From the NCBI GenBank assembly GCA_951406725.2, contig OX597817.1:111104001-111168000 (forward strand): 64,000 nt of DNA. Reading direction: 5' to 3'. Within the stretch, counting starts at the first letter, position 1. Each line of letters opens with the position of its first letter. Source of the stretch: Octopus vulgaris. Taxonomy: Eukaryota. The notes under the pieces are model-generated. The model was not told the origin of the DNA. It saw only the letters and a program-made list of their open reading frames with translations, and searched no databases. Positions 51,016 to 63,952 of the stretch are shown one piece after another. The position numbers and the translations under genes were made by a program.

Positions 51016-54000
51016 CTTGTACACATGCACCCAGACACACATGGTAGGCTTCTTTCAGTTTTCTATCTATCAAATCTACCTACAAAGCTTTGATCAATTC
51101 AGCTAAAGTCCCACACAGTTGGAATGAACCCAAAACCATGTGGTTGAGAAGTTTTCTAACCATAGAGCTTTTGTTGGGTTTTTTAATGCTAGCAAAGATG
51201 GCATGCACTTGATTAAATTTTAACATTTGCCTAGAAGTACCTATTTTGTGGGTAAGTGACACAGCACCATAACATGATAGTCAGCTACCCAAACTACCCA
51301 GTTTTCCACAAAATCTAAATTGTGACTTAAAATGGGAACTTCAGAATGTTCATTATTTTGTCAGTTTCATAAGGGAATGAAAATGAAATGTTTTCAAAAA
51401 TAGGCTAATGCTTTAAGAGCCAATTGCTTTTGATTTTTGACAATTCAGCTCTAGAAATTAATTCATCTCATATTCAGTGGTGGTAGTGATGGTGGTGTTG
51501 TTTTTACTTATTGTTGCAATTTACCTCAGGTTTGTCATGACCATTTTTTTTTTACTTTTAATTCTGGCATAGTGTATCTTGGACCACATTAACCAATGTA
51601 TCTATCCTTTTCCTAAGATGATAACATGTAATTTGTGGGTGGCACTGCTACTGCTATTTCCAGCAGGTCAAATGACATTGTGGAGACTCTGTATTATGGT
51701 TGTATAGAGATAGAATAGAAGAATGCATAAGATATTAGACCAACTGCTCATAGGCCATGATTTCAAAATGTTTGTTCAAAATGTATTTTCTTGTAACTTT
51801 GGTCAAGACACTATTTTATTTGGTTGCTATGAGAAATAGATTATAAATCACCTGAGAATGTTAGCTGTGACAAATTGGTTTCCTCTCCATGATGAGATTT
51901 ATCTTTTCATCTGCTAACACACTGAATTGTGCTTTTCTTTGATACCTAACTAAAGTGAATTTTATTGTTACTGCTGAGTATCCTGATTATGAATACAAGA
52001 CAGTGACAGTGACAAGATAAATGGATATAATCATGTCCATTGAATTGATGATGGTGGTAGTAGAGATGGATTGTCTAGTTGTCAGGACACTAGGTAATAA
52101 ACAGAAAGATTAGATCTACTTACACTGTTTATGATTTTGTTTTGTCTTCACAATTATGTCACTTAACTCTCCAACAACAACAAAGGTCCTCTTAACTGTA
52201 AGTACCTCAGAGTAGTTGAACTCTCTGCCTTTAATGAATACAGCATTGTATGATTTGTAAGTGTTTCATCAGATTGTAGTGTTGAATTCATCTCTCTCTC
52301 TCTCTCTTTCTCTCCCCTCTCTCTCTCCTCACCCCCACCAAGAAATAGTACTCTTCTGCAGAGGAAATGGAATTGCAACCTATTCCTGTAAAAAGGAAAT
52401 GCTGGAAGAATCTAGTGATATCATGGCAAAAATATTAGAGCCAATGGCAAAAGTATTTGCGATCAGAAATTTTGTAATAATGATGTAAGAAAATGCAGAG
52501 CTTATGATAAAAATCCAAGTACAAATTATTGATGTGAAAAGTGATTTATTTGATGAAGAAAACAAATAAATCAAAGAAAACATTTCTAAATCTAGCATTT
52601 TGACTGTAGAATTAGATATCAGTTAGTATTGTTAGATAGAATAAAATTATATTACAGCATAATTCTATCTTCCTTTTAATTATTCTCCATGGCTTAGTCG
52701 GAAGAGCACCTATAATCTTTTTGTGACACCCTCAAGACTGTTGGGGTAAAAGGAAGAGTTGTCTTCAGACCAGAGAACTATACTGAATGCCTGCAACCAA
52801 GTTGATTCTGCTAAAGGCACCTAAAAGCTAGGCAGTGGTGTTAAACCTGGGAAATGGAGTGGAAGTGGAATAGTAATGTCCCTATTTTGGTTCCATTCTT
52901 AATACTGTAACTATTACTATATGCTACTATGATTTTTTTCCTTGGTTATATTAGTAGCAATACTATTTTCTCTGGATAAAGATCCTCCATATGCATAAAT
53001 CTAAAATTTCCTTATACTTATAATTAACATACATCTCTGTTTTGTGTGTGTGTGAGAGAGAGAGAGAGAGGGGGGGGAGTGTGTGTGTGTGTGCATATGT
53101 ATGAATATGTATGTATGTATGTATTAGTTGTTCATATCTAAAATGTTGATGCCTTGATAAAGTTTAGAAACTGACATTGCCATGATGTCTCATATTCGAA
53201 CTGTCCGCTTTTAGATTGTTAGCTTCACGGGAGCATTATGTTATGGAAAGAAGAAGGAAATGTAAAATGTTTGTGTGTTTCATTTGTCTAGTAGTTCACT
53301 TATTTATTTATATATTTATTTGTTTATTTATTCTTATATCCAAAGGATTACATCCATTTCAAAAACACTATGTTAATAGTACAACTATTTAACACATTTC
53401 TGTATTTTCAGATGGCTGTGAATGTTGTTTGTAGTTAGTTTTGGTTGAAGAGTGTGTGTGCCTGTGTGTCTGTCTATCTGTATGTTTATGTGCATGTGTA
53501 TTATATCTATGTATTTGTGTATGCTTGTATGCATACGTGTATAAACACATACAGGCATATATGTTTGGGAAGAGAGAGAGAGAAAGAAAGAGATAAATTG
53601 AGCTATATCATTACATAGATTGTATCTGTTGTAGTCACATTCTCACACATGTATTCATTTTTAGAGATCCAGATGTGGAGTAAACAACATATGAAAATAA
53701 AAGAAGCACTTAGTTCTTGTTGATTTTTTTTTTCTTTCTAATTTCTTAAATAATATTTCAGCTAGTTTTGTTGTAAAGTATTTTTGATAAAACAGTATCA
53801 TGTATTATTTAGTCACAGAAGTAAAGATAATGGAGGAGAGGGTTTAAGAATGAAGGAATAGTGGAACTGTTAAAACTTTTATCAGTTAATAAATGATCTA
53901 TTTCTTCCAGCAGAGTGTATGCTTGACGAAATGGTTAAATAGTTCACTATGCAATGTTAAGGTTCAAGGTTTGATCCCACTGAGAGGTATTTTGGAAAAG

Positions 54001-54028
54001 TGTTTTCTATCAAGCCTTGTGAACAAAG

Positions 54029-54371
54029 TGAAGGCACATGGCTCAGTGGTTAGGGCATCAGGCTCACAATCATGAAGTAGTGAATTTGTCTCCTGGACCA
54101 GGCTGTGTTGTATTCTTGAGCAAGATACTTCATTTCATGTTGCTCCAGTTCACTCAGCTATAGAAATGAGTTGCAACATCACTGGTGCCAAGCTGTATTG
54201 GCTTTTGCCTTTCTCTTGGATAACATTGGTGGCATGGAGAAGGGAGTTTGGTATGCATGGGTGACTGCTGGTTTCCAGAAACAACCTTGCCCGGACTTGT
54301 GCCTCAGAGGGCAACTTTTTAGGTACAATCCCATGGTCTTTCTTGACTGAAGTGGATCTTTACCCTTACCC
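54029..54371 (+). mobile_element. tRNA-derived SINE (same head/core as 14065, tail type 2)
   Basis: tggctcagtggttaggg head; cttgagcaagatacttcattt..ctccagttcactcagct core; tail ggtgccaagctgt...ctttacccttaccc. The tail is also seen decayed at ~12010-12170. Confidence 0.8.
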
Positions 54372-55903
54372 TGTGAACAAAACTGTTCTACAGATAAAGC
54401 ATACCTTTTTTTTTAATTCAAAAGGTCTTATCACTCACTGTGTTATACAGATTATGTCTATATTAAGGGTACATGTCTCTGGAGAATAACTTAGTCATAT
54501 ATCATTATTTAATGAGTAAGTAGTTCTGTTGATTGGACAACTGACGAGTTCCATTTATTTCTTCCAGTTTGGTAGGAAGGTTTTATTGGCTTCAATTTAA
54601 ATCAGTTGGTTGTTTTGAATCTGTTATCATACTGTCCTAAGAACATTATTCCTACTTCACAAAGGATTTGACAGCATAGTGAGAAATTTATGAATTGCTG
54701 TTATTTACATTTTCTCAATACTTATTTCAAGTCATAAAACTGTTGATGTTGGTAATGATGATGTTATTTTGAAGATCATTCAAAAGGAATTTCATAATTC
54801 ACATACTGCTAGCATTTTATTATGTATATAAAAAAAAAAGAGTGGTATGATGAATCGAATCAGCTTTGATACATAGATTACTAGTTTTTATTTTATTGAA
54901 TAAATGGCATAAAAAGAGAAACATTTGATTGTGATATTTTGATTTGAGAATATATTAATTCGTAGGAATTTTGATTTACTAAGAAGATTCTGAATATAAT
55001 AAGACAGCTAGCTAGTAAATATGCTTCAGTATTAAGTTAAATATTTTATTTGCTAAACATCTGCTACCCAAAGATCTGTAAGTTAATTTTCCCTGCCTTA
55101 TTACTACTATATGACAGATTCTTAAGATTCTTACCTCCTGGGCTTTATGGTTCCACTGTTTTCCTCTGATATAAAATCACCAACCACTGTGCATCTAATC
55201 TTAGAACACAATTTTCTCAAATCCAACAGTTAATCCTTTTCTAATTCACAAGGACCCATTAGGAGTTTATCTTATCTCTGGTTAAGTAGATGAGAGATGA
55301 CTCATTCATTGGTTAGCACACAGATCTATTTCAGGTAACCTTTTCCATCAGAACTAGATCCTTTTAAATACAAGCAATATTCATTAATTCTATGTTGCAA
55401 TGTTGTTTGTAATTTTCCCTCAAATGTTACCTACTTAGAGTTGGTGAACTTAGCTTCTAATCTGTGATTATGAGTCAGTTATAGTGAGGATAAGTGAGAA
55501 AGACATGAACATCTTCAAACCCATATATTTTCTCCTTGGGTGTCATGGTTATCTCTATAGATAACAAATCAGTGCTGGCTATAATTTCTATAGTAAACCT
55601 ATAAAGATAACCTTAACAAGTGATTTGATAGCACTGCTAACACACTAGAACACTGTATTGACTTATAAAAGCATTTAATAGTCTTTCTAGTATATTATGG
55701 TTACATAACAAAATATGGTGTCTCTACTAGTCATTAGGTGCCATGGATTTCACACTTCACCAGAGAAGTAAACACTGCAGTTCATTCTCTCTAAAAAAAA
55801 TTTTATTTCATTCATCACCAATAGATGTGTTTTGATCTTTGGTAATAATTTCTATTTTCATATATTGTACAGCAATAAAATTTTCATTTGAAATGAATAT
55901 TAA

Positions 55904-55976
55904 TTTTTTTTTCTTTTTACTTTTACAGGTAAGTTGGAGTTTGATGTTATTTTATTACATGCAAGGAAAGGTAATT
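55904..55976 (+). other. Candidate recursive splice site / 42-nt RS-exon or microexon (55929-55970)
   Basis: Polypyrimidine tract 55904-55924, then CAG|GTAAGT at 55926-55934, and a downstream donor AAG|GTAATT at 55968-55976. Confidence 0.5.
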
Positions 55977-57054
55977 TTTATGCAATACTTATTTTTTACT
56001 TTTTGAATATATAACATTCAGTATAAAGTTTGATATCCTGTTACAAATGTATAACTACATTTAACTAATTTAATTTTCAAGTGTGCATGCATGACAAAAG
56101 ATCTAGTTACCTCACTCTGTCATTTTGTTTTTTGAATATCACAAAAGACCTTTCTCAGACATGTAATCTTTTTAACTTCCTCAATTTTAATGTTGGTAAC
56201 AAAATACTATCCATATTTTAAAGTAAATGCTTGGATCTAAGGATATAAATGATGGTCTGTTAGCAATTAGGAAGCACAAAGAGTTTCAAAATGAACTAAA
56301 CCAGCTTACTACCAGGAAGAAGGAAAACTTTCCTTTTTTTTCTCAGACAGAACCTTTAGTCTGACAGTATGTGTGCATGGGTACACGTGCACACACACAC
56401 ACTTATTTTCTTATGTTACTATCTATATCAACAGCTTGAATATATGATGGTAAAGAAAATTAAGGTTTATTATATAGTGCTCTGCTCTTTCAGTCAAATA
56501 ACTTTTTCTTTTTAAGAACTACTCATTCTTAACAGACAGGCAAGTTCATTATATCAGCTCTAGTACTTGATTGATACTTACTTTATTGGCCCCAGATGGA
56601 AAGATGCAAGAGAAAGTCGACCTCAGTGACATTATGAGAACATAAAAAGGTGCAAATAAATACCACAAGGAATTTTCTCTGATACTCTACTGATTTATTA
56701 AGAAATATTAAAAATACATGAAAAGCATTCTATAACTGATTCTATAACATATGTGCTAAAATTAAGGTTTCCTCGTGTATATAAATATAGAATTTTTGTT
56801 CTGAATTCTAAATCCATTATGGTTGAAAGATTTTGAGATGATGAAAAAGTCAGACATGAACATAATATGTTTCAAGAGTACTAAAAATATTTACTGAAAA
56901 TACCTCTACTCACACAAACACCTATTTAATTTCACCTATTAAATTTACAGGTCCTCTAATGGCTGTAAAATTCCAAAATACAGAGAAATACAGAGGCTGT
57001 TATGAAATGCATTGGCAGAGAATAGTTAATTATTATGATATTCATATTTTGCAA

Positions 57055-57097
<43 letters not shown>
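57055..57097. repeat. (AAT)n microsatellite
   Basis: Direct reading. Confidence 0.95.
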
Positions 57098-57475
57098 GCT
57101 CTCTCTTTTTCTTTTAACATCATTGTTAAAAATGCTCAGCATGTACCATGTAGTAACAATCTGGTTTCAAGGAATGCATTACATGCTGGTAATTTTATTT
57201 TTCACAAACTGTGCACACCTCTCTTCAGGGATGCTTTTTTTCTCTTTGTATGGTATTAGAAAAAAAAAAAAAAAAGGCTAGGCTAATGTTTAGGACTTAC
57301 ATGCACATGCATGAAAAACATATGCCAGACAATACAAGGAGATGTTTCTTCCAATGACTATCATACATACAGTCCCTCATTTCTGAAAGTGTCATTTTAC
57401 CCTTTCTGAGCTTTTCATGTATGTACGTACGTACGTACATACGTACGTACATACGTACGCACACATGCATGCATG

Positions 57476-58325
57476 CAGGGTGTGATGGGTAAATTATCAT
57501 TTTATATTTTTAATTTCATGCATGCTCATTGTTTGTTTTTGATTTTGTCAGCTACACAGTATAGTAGGCGCAGTTGGGCACCATCTGTGAGAAAAACAAC
57601 ACCATGATGCAATTCACTCTGCCAGAAATTTGGAAACAACATGCTGTACTGCTTGGCATTCATGCTGGAAGCTGCAGTATGAACATTGCAGAGTGTTTGG
57701 GTGTCAGTCTGAAGACATTTACTGAGAGTGATAAAAATCAAACATCCAGTCAACATCATGGTGTTTGAAGTGATCACTAGTGATGGCAATGTTATGCCCC
57801 CATTCATCTTCTCACATGGCCTCAGACTCAATATGGAGGCCTACATCAAGTGCCTGGAGGAGGTAGTGCTGCCTTGGGTGAAGAGGATAGCTGCTGGAAG
57901 ACCCTGTGTCTGGCAATAGGACTTTGCACCATGTCACACAAGCAGGAGAACCCAGTCATGGCTGTCAGACAATTTCTGTGACCACATCACCCCTAACATC
58001 AGACCACCTAACTCCCCAGGCTGTAATCCCCTTGGTTATTATATGTGGGGCACAGTTAAGTGAGAGACCAACAAAATTCCTTGTAACACCAAAGGCAAGG
58101 ACTATAGCAGCATTCACCAACTTAAGCAAGGAGATCATCCCAAAGAGTTGCAGGAGATTTTGAAATTGTTTGGTGGCCGTGGTTGAAGTCAATGGTGATT
58201 TTATTGAATAAATTTACTCTTTAGTATTTCAAGATATTGTTATGTAATTTAGGTAAATGTATCTGTTAAAATGAGATGTCAGTATTATTTTCATTTTTGT
58301 GTAATTTAGATGACAGTTTATTTAT
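57476..58325 (+). mobile_element. Internally deleted maT (DD37D) Tc1/mariner element
   Basis: Starts cagggtg. Reads KHPVNIMVFEVITSDG...VWQ*DFAPCHTSRRTQSWL...PPNSPGCNPLGYYMWG, with 37 residues between the second catalytic D and the mutated third D position. Confidence 0.87.
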
Positions 58326-58439
58326 GTGTGTGTGTGTATAAACACACACTTGCATGCATGCATGCACACATTCTGTGCACATACACACACATACACTGAA
58401 AGTAATGCATAAGTAGGCTTCACTTTTTTATGAACTGGT

Positions 58440-59520
58440 ATGTCATACATAGCATGTATGTTGGTGGAATACCTAATCCCTTATACAAAGAGACTTCTCA
58501 ACATAGTCTCGGTTACAAGTGATGCATTTGTGCCATCACTGAACCCCTATCTGAAATTCACTTTGAAAAGATTCAGGTATGCACTATTGTACCTACTTCT
58601 TCACAGCTGCTTTCATTTCATCTGTGTCATGAAATCATAGTCCATGAAGACTGACCTTCATTGGACTGAACAGGTGAAAATCAGACAGTGCCAGATCTGA
58701 GTTGTGTAGTGAACAGAGTATCACTGACCATCATAGTTTGCAGAGTGCCTGATTTATTGCTAAAGATGTGTGTGGTTGCACATTGTATGGTGAATGTAGA
58801 TCGTTTTCAGATTCTTATTCAGTTTCTCCTTCTTCCTGGTTTTTTCTAAGCTTTTTGAATATCTCAGTGTATTTCTGGCTGTTCTTGATACAGCCACATT
58901 CCAGAAAAATCAAAGAGAAGGATGCTCTTATCATCTCCAGAAACAGTCACCATTACTTTCTGTGTTCTTGGACTTCTTAGGCTTTGCATAAGAGGTATGA
59001 CATCATTCTATGGCCTGAGCCTTCATTTCTTGATCATAAAGATATACCTGTTTTGTTTTGTTCCCTGTCATTTGATCAGGTTGAAAAAATAAAGGGGGTC
59101 TTCATTGGCTTCAAATGTTTCCAGCAGATTGGAGTGAACGTCTCTCTATCTCTTTCAAATCAGGTGTCAACTGCCAAGCTATCCACTTTGCACATACTTT
59201 CTGATACTCCAAAGTCTTCCATCATCTGTAATGCTTTGTGACGACAATCTAGTTGATCAACAGCTCTGGGTTGTGTCTTATCTGCCTGTGCAAATCAATT
59301 TGTTCCCTTGCTGGTGATTCATATAAACAGTCACAATTGATGCACTCCTACTTCGTGATTTGTCTTCAATGCTGCTTTTCCTTTCTTTAAACTTCATCCA
59401 TCTATGCACATTGCTCATGATAATAGTGTCATCTCCATAAACAACTTGTATCCTTCTGTGAATGTCAGACAGCCAGTACTCCTTCCTGAAGAACTCAATA
59501 GTACATTGCTTGCAGCTGTG
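58440..59520 (-). mobile_element. Decayed mariner (DD34D-type) transposase
   Basis: Minus strand NVQPHTS...HNSDLALSDFHLFSPMKVSLHG..FHDTDEMKAAV matches HDNARPH...YSPDLAPSDFHLF. Confidence 0.8.
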
Positions 59521-59581
59521 TAATACTTAAATTTTTTCAGTAATTTTAATTTACTCTGCTGTGCATAGCACACATGTGCAT

Positions 59582-59617
<36 letters not shown>

Positions 59618-59859
59618 CAAGTTACTTTATATAAACTGATGGCAGAATTTATTATGTATGCAAAATATCCTGCTATCTGTATTCTGTTTGTGACTTTTTA
59701 AAGTGTACTTGGTTTTCAAATACTTGTTTTTTGATACACTATTATATGCTCATGACATATGATATACTAAACTGGTATTTTTTATATACATGACAAATCA
59801 TGCATGTGTGTGTGTGAGTGTATGTGCGAGTGTGTGTGTGTGTGCATCTGCGTGTGGAG

Positions 59860-60160
59860 GTTCCAGAAAAAGAGCTTTGAGATCAACCCGACACCTTAGG
59901 AATACAAGCATAAGACCACTGTGTCTGGCAAAGCTGCACCAACAGGGGTGTCACCTCTTATGAACAGAAAAGGATTGCAGGGACACAAGAAAACAAAACT
60001 GTACTAGAGCCAATTCCTTGCTTCAGTCCCAGCAGACTACCAAAGCCTGATCTGCAGCAGAACCCTCCAAGCACTCATTGGTCTGATCAGCCACAGCCAG
60101 ACACACTATACCCTATCTTTTCCTATGTAATGTCTTGGTCATCATCAACAATGAATGAAC
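59860..60160 (+). mobile_element. RTE (BovB-like) LINE 3' end
   Basis: Reads KSFEINPDT..QA*DHCVWQSCTNRGVTSYEQKRI...CSRTLQALIGLISHSQTH (terminal C2H2-like motif), followed by a short UTR. Confidence 0.75.
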
Positions 60161-60174
60161 TAATTATAATAATA

Positions 60175-60403
60175 AGGGACCTTTTGAGCAGGATGGGCTA
60201 TTAAACTTGAAAATTCTAACTGGGCCCCATCTGCAAGGTTGTGCACTGTTTATCTTGATATGAGATCACCATGTTGCACACTTATGGTTGTGATGCATGT
60301 GCCTAGTGTACCCTTATCAGATGGCTAGTCATGATGGGTATATTGGGCTTCATATATTTGTAGTCCAGTATCACTTTGATGGCATGCACTGCTCTCTCAC
60401 TCA
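60175..60403 (+). mobile_element. 5'-truncated copy of a (TAA)n-flanked non-LTR repeat
   Basis: Aligns to 60984-61215 and ends gcactgctctctcactca+(TAA)n. Confidence 0.85.
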
Positions 60404-60416
60404 GTAATAATAATAA

Positions 60417-60632
60417 TCTTTTCTACAATAAGCACAATGCCTGAAATTTGTGGAGAGGGGGTAAGTTGATCACATCAACTGCAGTACTTCACCAGTACTT
60501 AATTTATTGACCCTGAAAGGATGAAAGGCAAACTTGAACTCGGCAGAATTTGAACTCAGAACACAAAGATAGGTGAAATACCACTAGGCATTTTGCCCAG
60601 CATGCTAATTATTTTGCCAGCTTGCCACCTTA
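60417..60632 (-). mobile_element. Full-length SINE family A copy
   Basis: Reverse complement of aaggtggcaagctggcaaaa...ctgagttcaaattctgccgag... Confidence 0.88.
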
Positions 60633-60657
60633 ATAATAATAATAATAATAATAATAA

Positions 60658-61215
60658 ATACCCTGATGCAGTACCAGGCAGTGGCTCTCATGGCTTCTGA
60701 TCTTAACTGGTTGGAAGTGTTATTATGTTCATTGTTTTGTCTTGATATGAAAGATGGGTTACAGCAAATATTCTGCTCAATACCACAGCTTTGCTTGTCA
60801 GTTGTTTGACCATAACCAGTTGAACATGTCCCATAGTGGCTGAGGATATGTGCATCTCAGATCATGAGCAGAAGTAGTGGGTGAGCATCATAGCCATGTG
60901 TTGAGAGGAATTCTTTGAGGTTTGGATAAATCATCTTTGGAAACATGGGTGTTTCTTTCAACATCCCTAAACAACCCTTTTTCAGGGACCTTTTGAGCAG
61001 GATGAGCGACTCAACCCGAAGAAAATTCTAACTGGGCCCCACCTGCAAGGTCATGCACTGTTTATCTTGATATGAGATCACCATGTCATGCACATATGGT
61101 TGTGATGCATGTGCCTGGTGTACTCTTATCAGATGGGAAGTCATGATGGGTATACTGGGCTTTGTATATTTGTATCCCAGTGTCACTTTGATGGCATGCA
61201 CTGCTCTCTCTCTCA
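60658..61215 (+). mobile_element. Longer copy of the (TAA)n-flanked non-LTR repeat
   Basis: Preceded by (TAA)n at 60631-60657 and shares its 3' end with 60175-60403. Confidence 0.85.
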
Positions 61216-62639
61216 ATAATAGTGTGTGTGTGTATTTATCCTTGGAAACTAATGATCCAATGTTTAGTTGTGCATTCAGCTAAGATCTTTGAATTGTGTT
61301 TTTTATTGTATATAGTTGTATAACAAGGATTTAAAATTTCCAGCTATACTTGAAAGCTTACTAATTTGGCTAGAATACATCACTGTTATTATTTTCTATG
61401 ACTACTACATTGGTTCATTGCATCCTCTTCTTTATTAAAAAGTTGGGTATTAGTTGATGTAGATCTAGCTGCTATTTCTAGCAGGCTGAACAAAAGTATA
61501 GAGTTTGTTTTGGTTGAAACCAAAGCAATATGGTATAGCATGTTGCAAAATCTTAAAGCTTTGCTACAATAAAATGGGTAAATATTTAGTAAACAACAGT
61601 TAAAAAATTGATCTGAGAGCTATATTTCTTAGCTGAAATTTAATTAATAAAGAACAATTTTCTTGTATTTTGTTTTGTGGGAACAAAGTAAAAATTTAAG
61701 AGTAACTATTATGTGCTTTTATTTATTCACAAGTGAGTTCTTTCAGGTTTAATGTATTCAATTGTAGCTACTTTTGTGAGATAAGGGTCCTGGACTGATT
61801 TTTTGCTTGTTTTTTTCATGTTAGACCAGCTTTTACATCAAAAGAGCAACACTTAGATTTTAAAGTGACATTGGCCTAAATATATTTCTTGAAAAATAAG
61901 TTATATTGCCTCTTTTTTGTTCTTTTTTCCCTTTTTTCAATATTTTCTGTTGCTTTATTTTTATAGTTTTTTTTTTTTATCTTTTATTGTCTCTTTCTAA
62001 CTTATCAACCAACCTATTTTTTGGCATGACAGTTTCTTACTAATCTCATTAACATGAATTTTTATTTATTTTTTTTCTTCTCAATTACCTACTCTGACTT
62101 CATCTTAAAAGCTATTAGAATTAATTGCAGCACTGAATTTCTGAAGTTATTTTTTCCTTTTTATTGTTTGACAGCTGGTTGTCATTTCCCCATTGCTTTG
62201 GTAGCATATAACTATTCTATGAAGATTCTACTTGTTCTAGTTTTATTCTCTTTTAATATAAATCCCATAGTTTACCTAACTTTGGGTGTGGATGAGTGAA
62301 GTACCAAGACAGTTGAACAAAAACCATCACAGATGATTCTAACCACCTGCTTTTATCTCTTAGCATCATGCCTTCACAGAAAGGGATTTTGCAAATACCC
62401 TGTCAAATAGCAGCTAATTTTGCTCAGTGGTTTATTATCCATATTTTCTTATGCTATCCCATCCAGTATGTTCCAGCTTTTAGATATTTGTGGGGATTAG
62501 TGCAATACTTATATTGAGACCTACTAGATATTCATATTTTTTATTCTCTCTCATAATAACCTTTTTACTTCCACATTTTTGATTTTGCTTAAAATTCAAG
62601 CCTACATGTATAAATTAGATATATATATATACACAGTAT

Positions 62640-62845
62640 AATAATAATAATGAAATTATTGTATACAGTGCTCAGGTGCACCACAACTTGTCAAAAGTGC
62701 ATATAAAGAATATGCAGTAATGTACAAATGTCTGGAAAGGGAACAGTGTATGAGTCAGATACATGCTTGCGTGTGCATGGAGGGGAGAAAATCAGGTGTA
62801 GTTTTGGCGAATCTCAGGAAGCATGGAAGTTTTGAAGGATGCAGT
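62640..62845 (-). mobile_element. CR1-like LINE 3' end
   Basis: Minus strand ends gacaagttgtggtgcacctgagcactgtatacaataatttcattattat, homologous to 63903-63952. Confidence 0.8.
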
Positions 62846-63269
62846 ATATGTTAGAAAACTGAAGATAGAATTTAAAATAGTTTATCTACAGTTTTTAAAC
62901 CTTTTTGCTGCTGAATTGTAAATAAACTTAACTACCTCTTATTATTATCTTCCTGCATTGGAAAATAAAAGAGATTATCCTGGCATGTTTTGCAGTTAGC
63001 TGAACACTCATTGGAGAACAAGTACCTACCTCATTCCTCTCTTCACAAAAATATTTAAATCAAATGTAAACTAAAAGTTGCCTAATATTCATACTGTGTG
63101 TTTGTCAGAAGCATAATTGAATAGTAAATATTGATGCACAACACAGTATGTATTTGAAAATTTAAGATAAATTTGTGGTTAGACTACAGCTTTTAAACCT
63201 TTTGCTGTGGGAATTTAAACAGATGTGAGTACATTTATTCTCTTCAAACACAGAAAACTAAGAGGTTGT

Positions 63270-63952
63270 CTTGACATCATTCTGTATGATCTTTATCAGC
63301 CACTCACCAAACTATCTATTCAAAGTTATATAGGCTATGGTACAACCACACCTGTTGTTTGCATTTCCTGTCTGGAAATCCCCATCTTGTCCAGAATATT
63401 GATCTGCTGGAAGCTGTCCAGAGATGTGCAACCAGGCAAAAATCCTCAGTCAGTCACTTACCATAACTTGAACATATTGGTTTTCTGGGCATTGACACAA
63501 AAATTCTGACATCTAGCACTTGACTTGGTAAGCACCAACTTTCCATCAGTAACTTTGGCCACTTTATTGAATTCAGTATCTTTATCAGCCATGGACATGC
63601 TTATAAGATTTAAAAAAAAAAAAAAAGCACAGCACCCATGACTTTCTGCAACATCTTTTTATGCTCATAATTGTTGAAGCATGGAATAAACTGCCCGCAT
63701 TCATTTTTAACTGACAGGACACTGGTTCCAGAAATTCACCAACACTGCCACTGACGTACCTATATACCCTTATTCTTTATAATTTTTAATATTCACTTTT
63801 TCTCTGTTTTTGCTTTATTCGGTGTACTATACCCTATACTTCTAACTTTTGTTGCTGTCATTCTTTACTTATATATCTGCACTCGGCTCTTTTAACTTTT
63901 TCTGACAAGTAGAAGTGCACTGAGCACTGTATACAAGAAGCTCATTATATTA
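63270..63952 (+). mobile_element. CR1-clade LINE 3' region
   Basis: MVQPHL.FAFPVW...QNIDLLEAVQRCATR...GHAYKI...EAWNKLPAF matches CR1 (VRPHLEY...W.P....I..LE.VQRRATR...WN.LP). Confidence 0.85.

Noticed and set aside
50777-51106. ORFs rich in HACTHT / CMCV
   Set aside because: These are translations of a minisatellite inside a SINE. The similar ORFs at 43755-43982 and 24884-25256 are also low-complexity.
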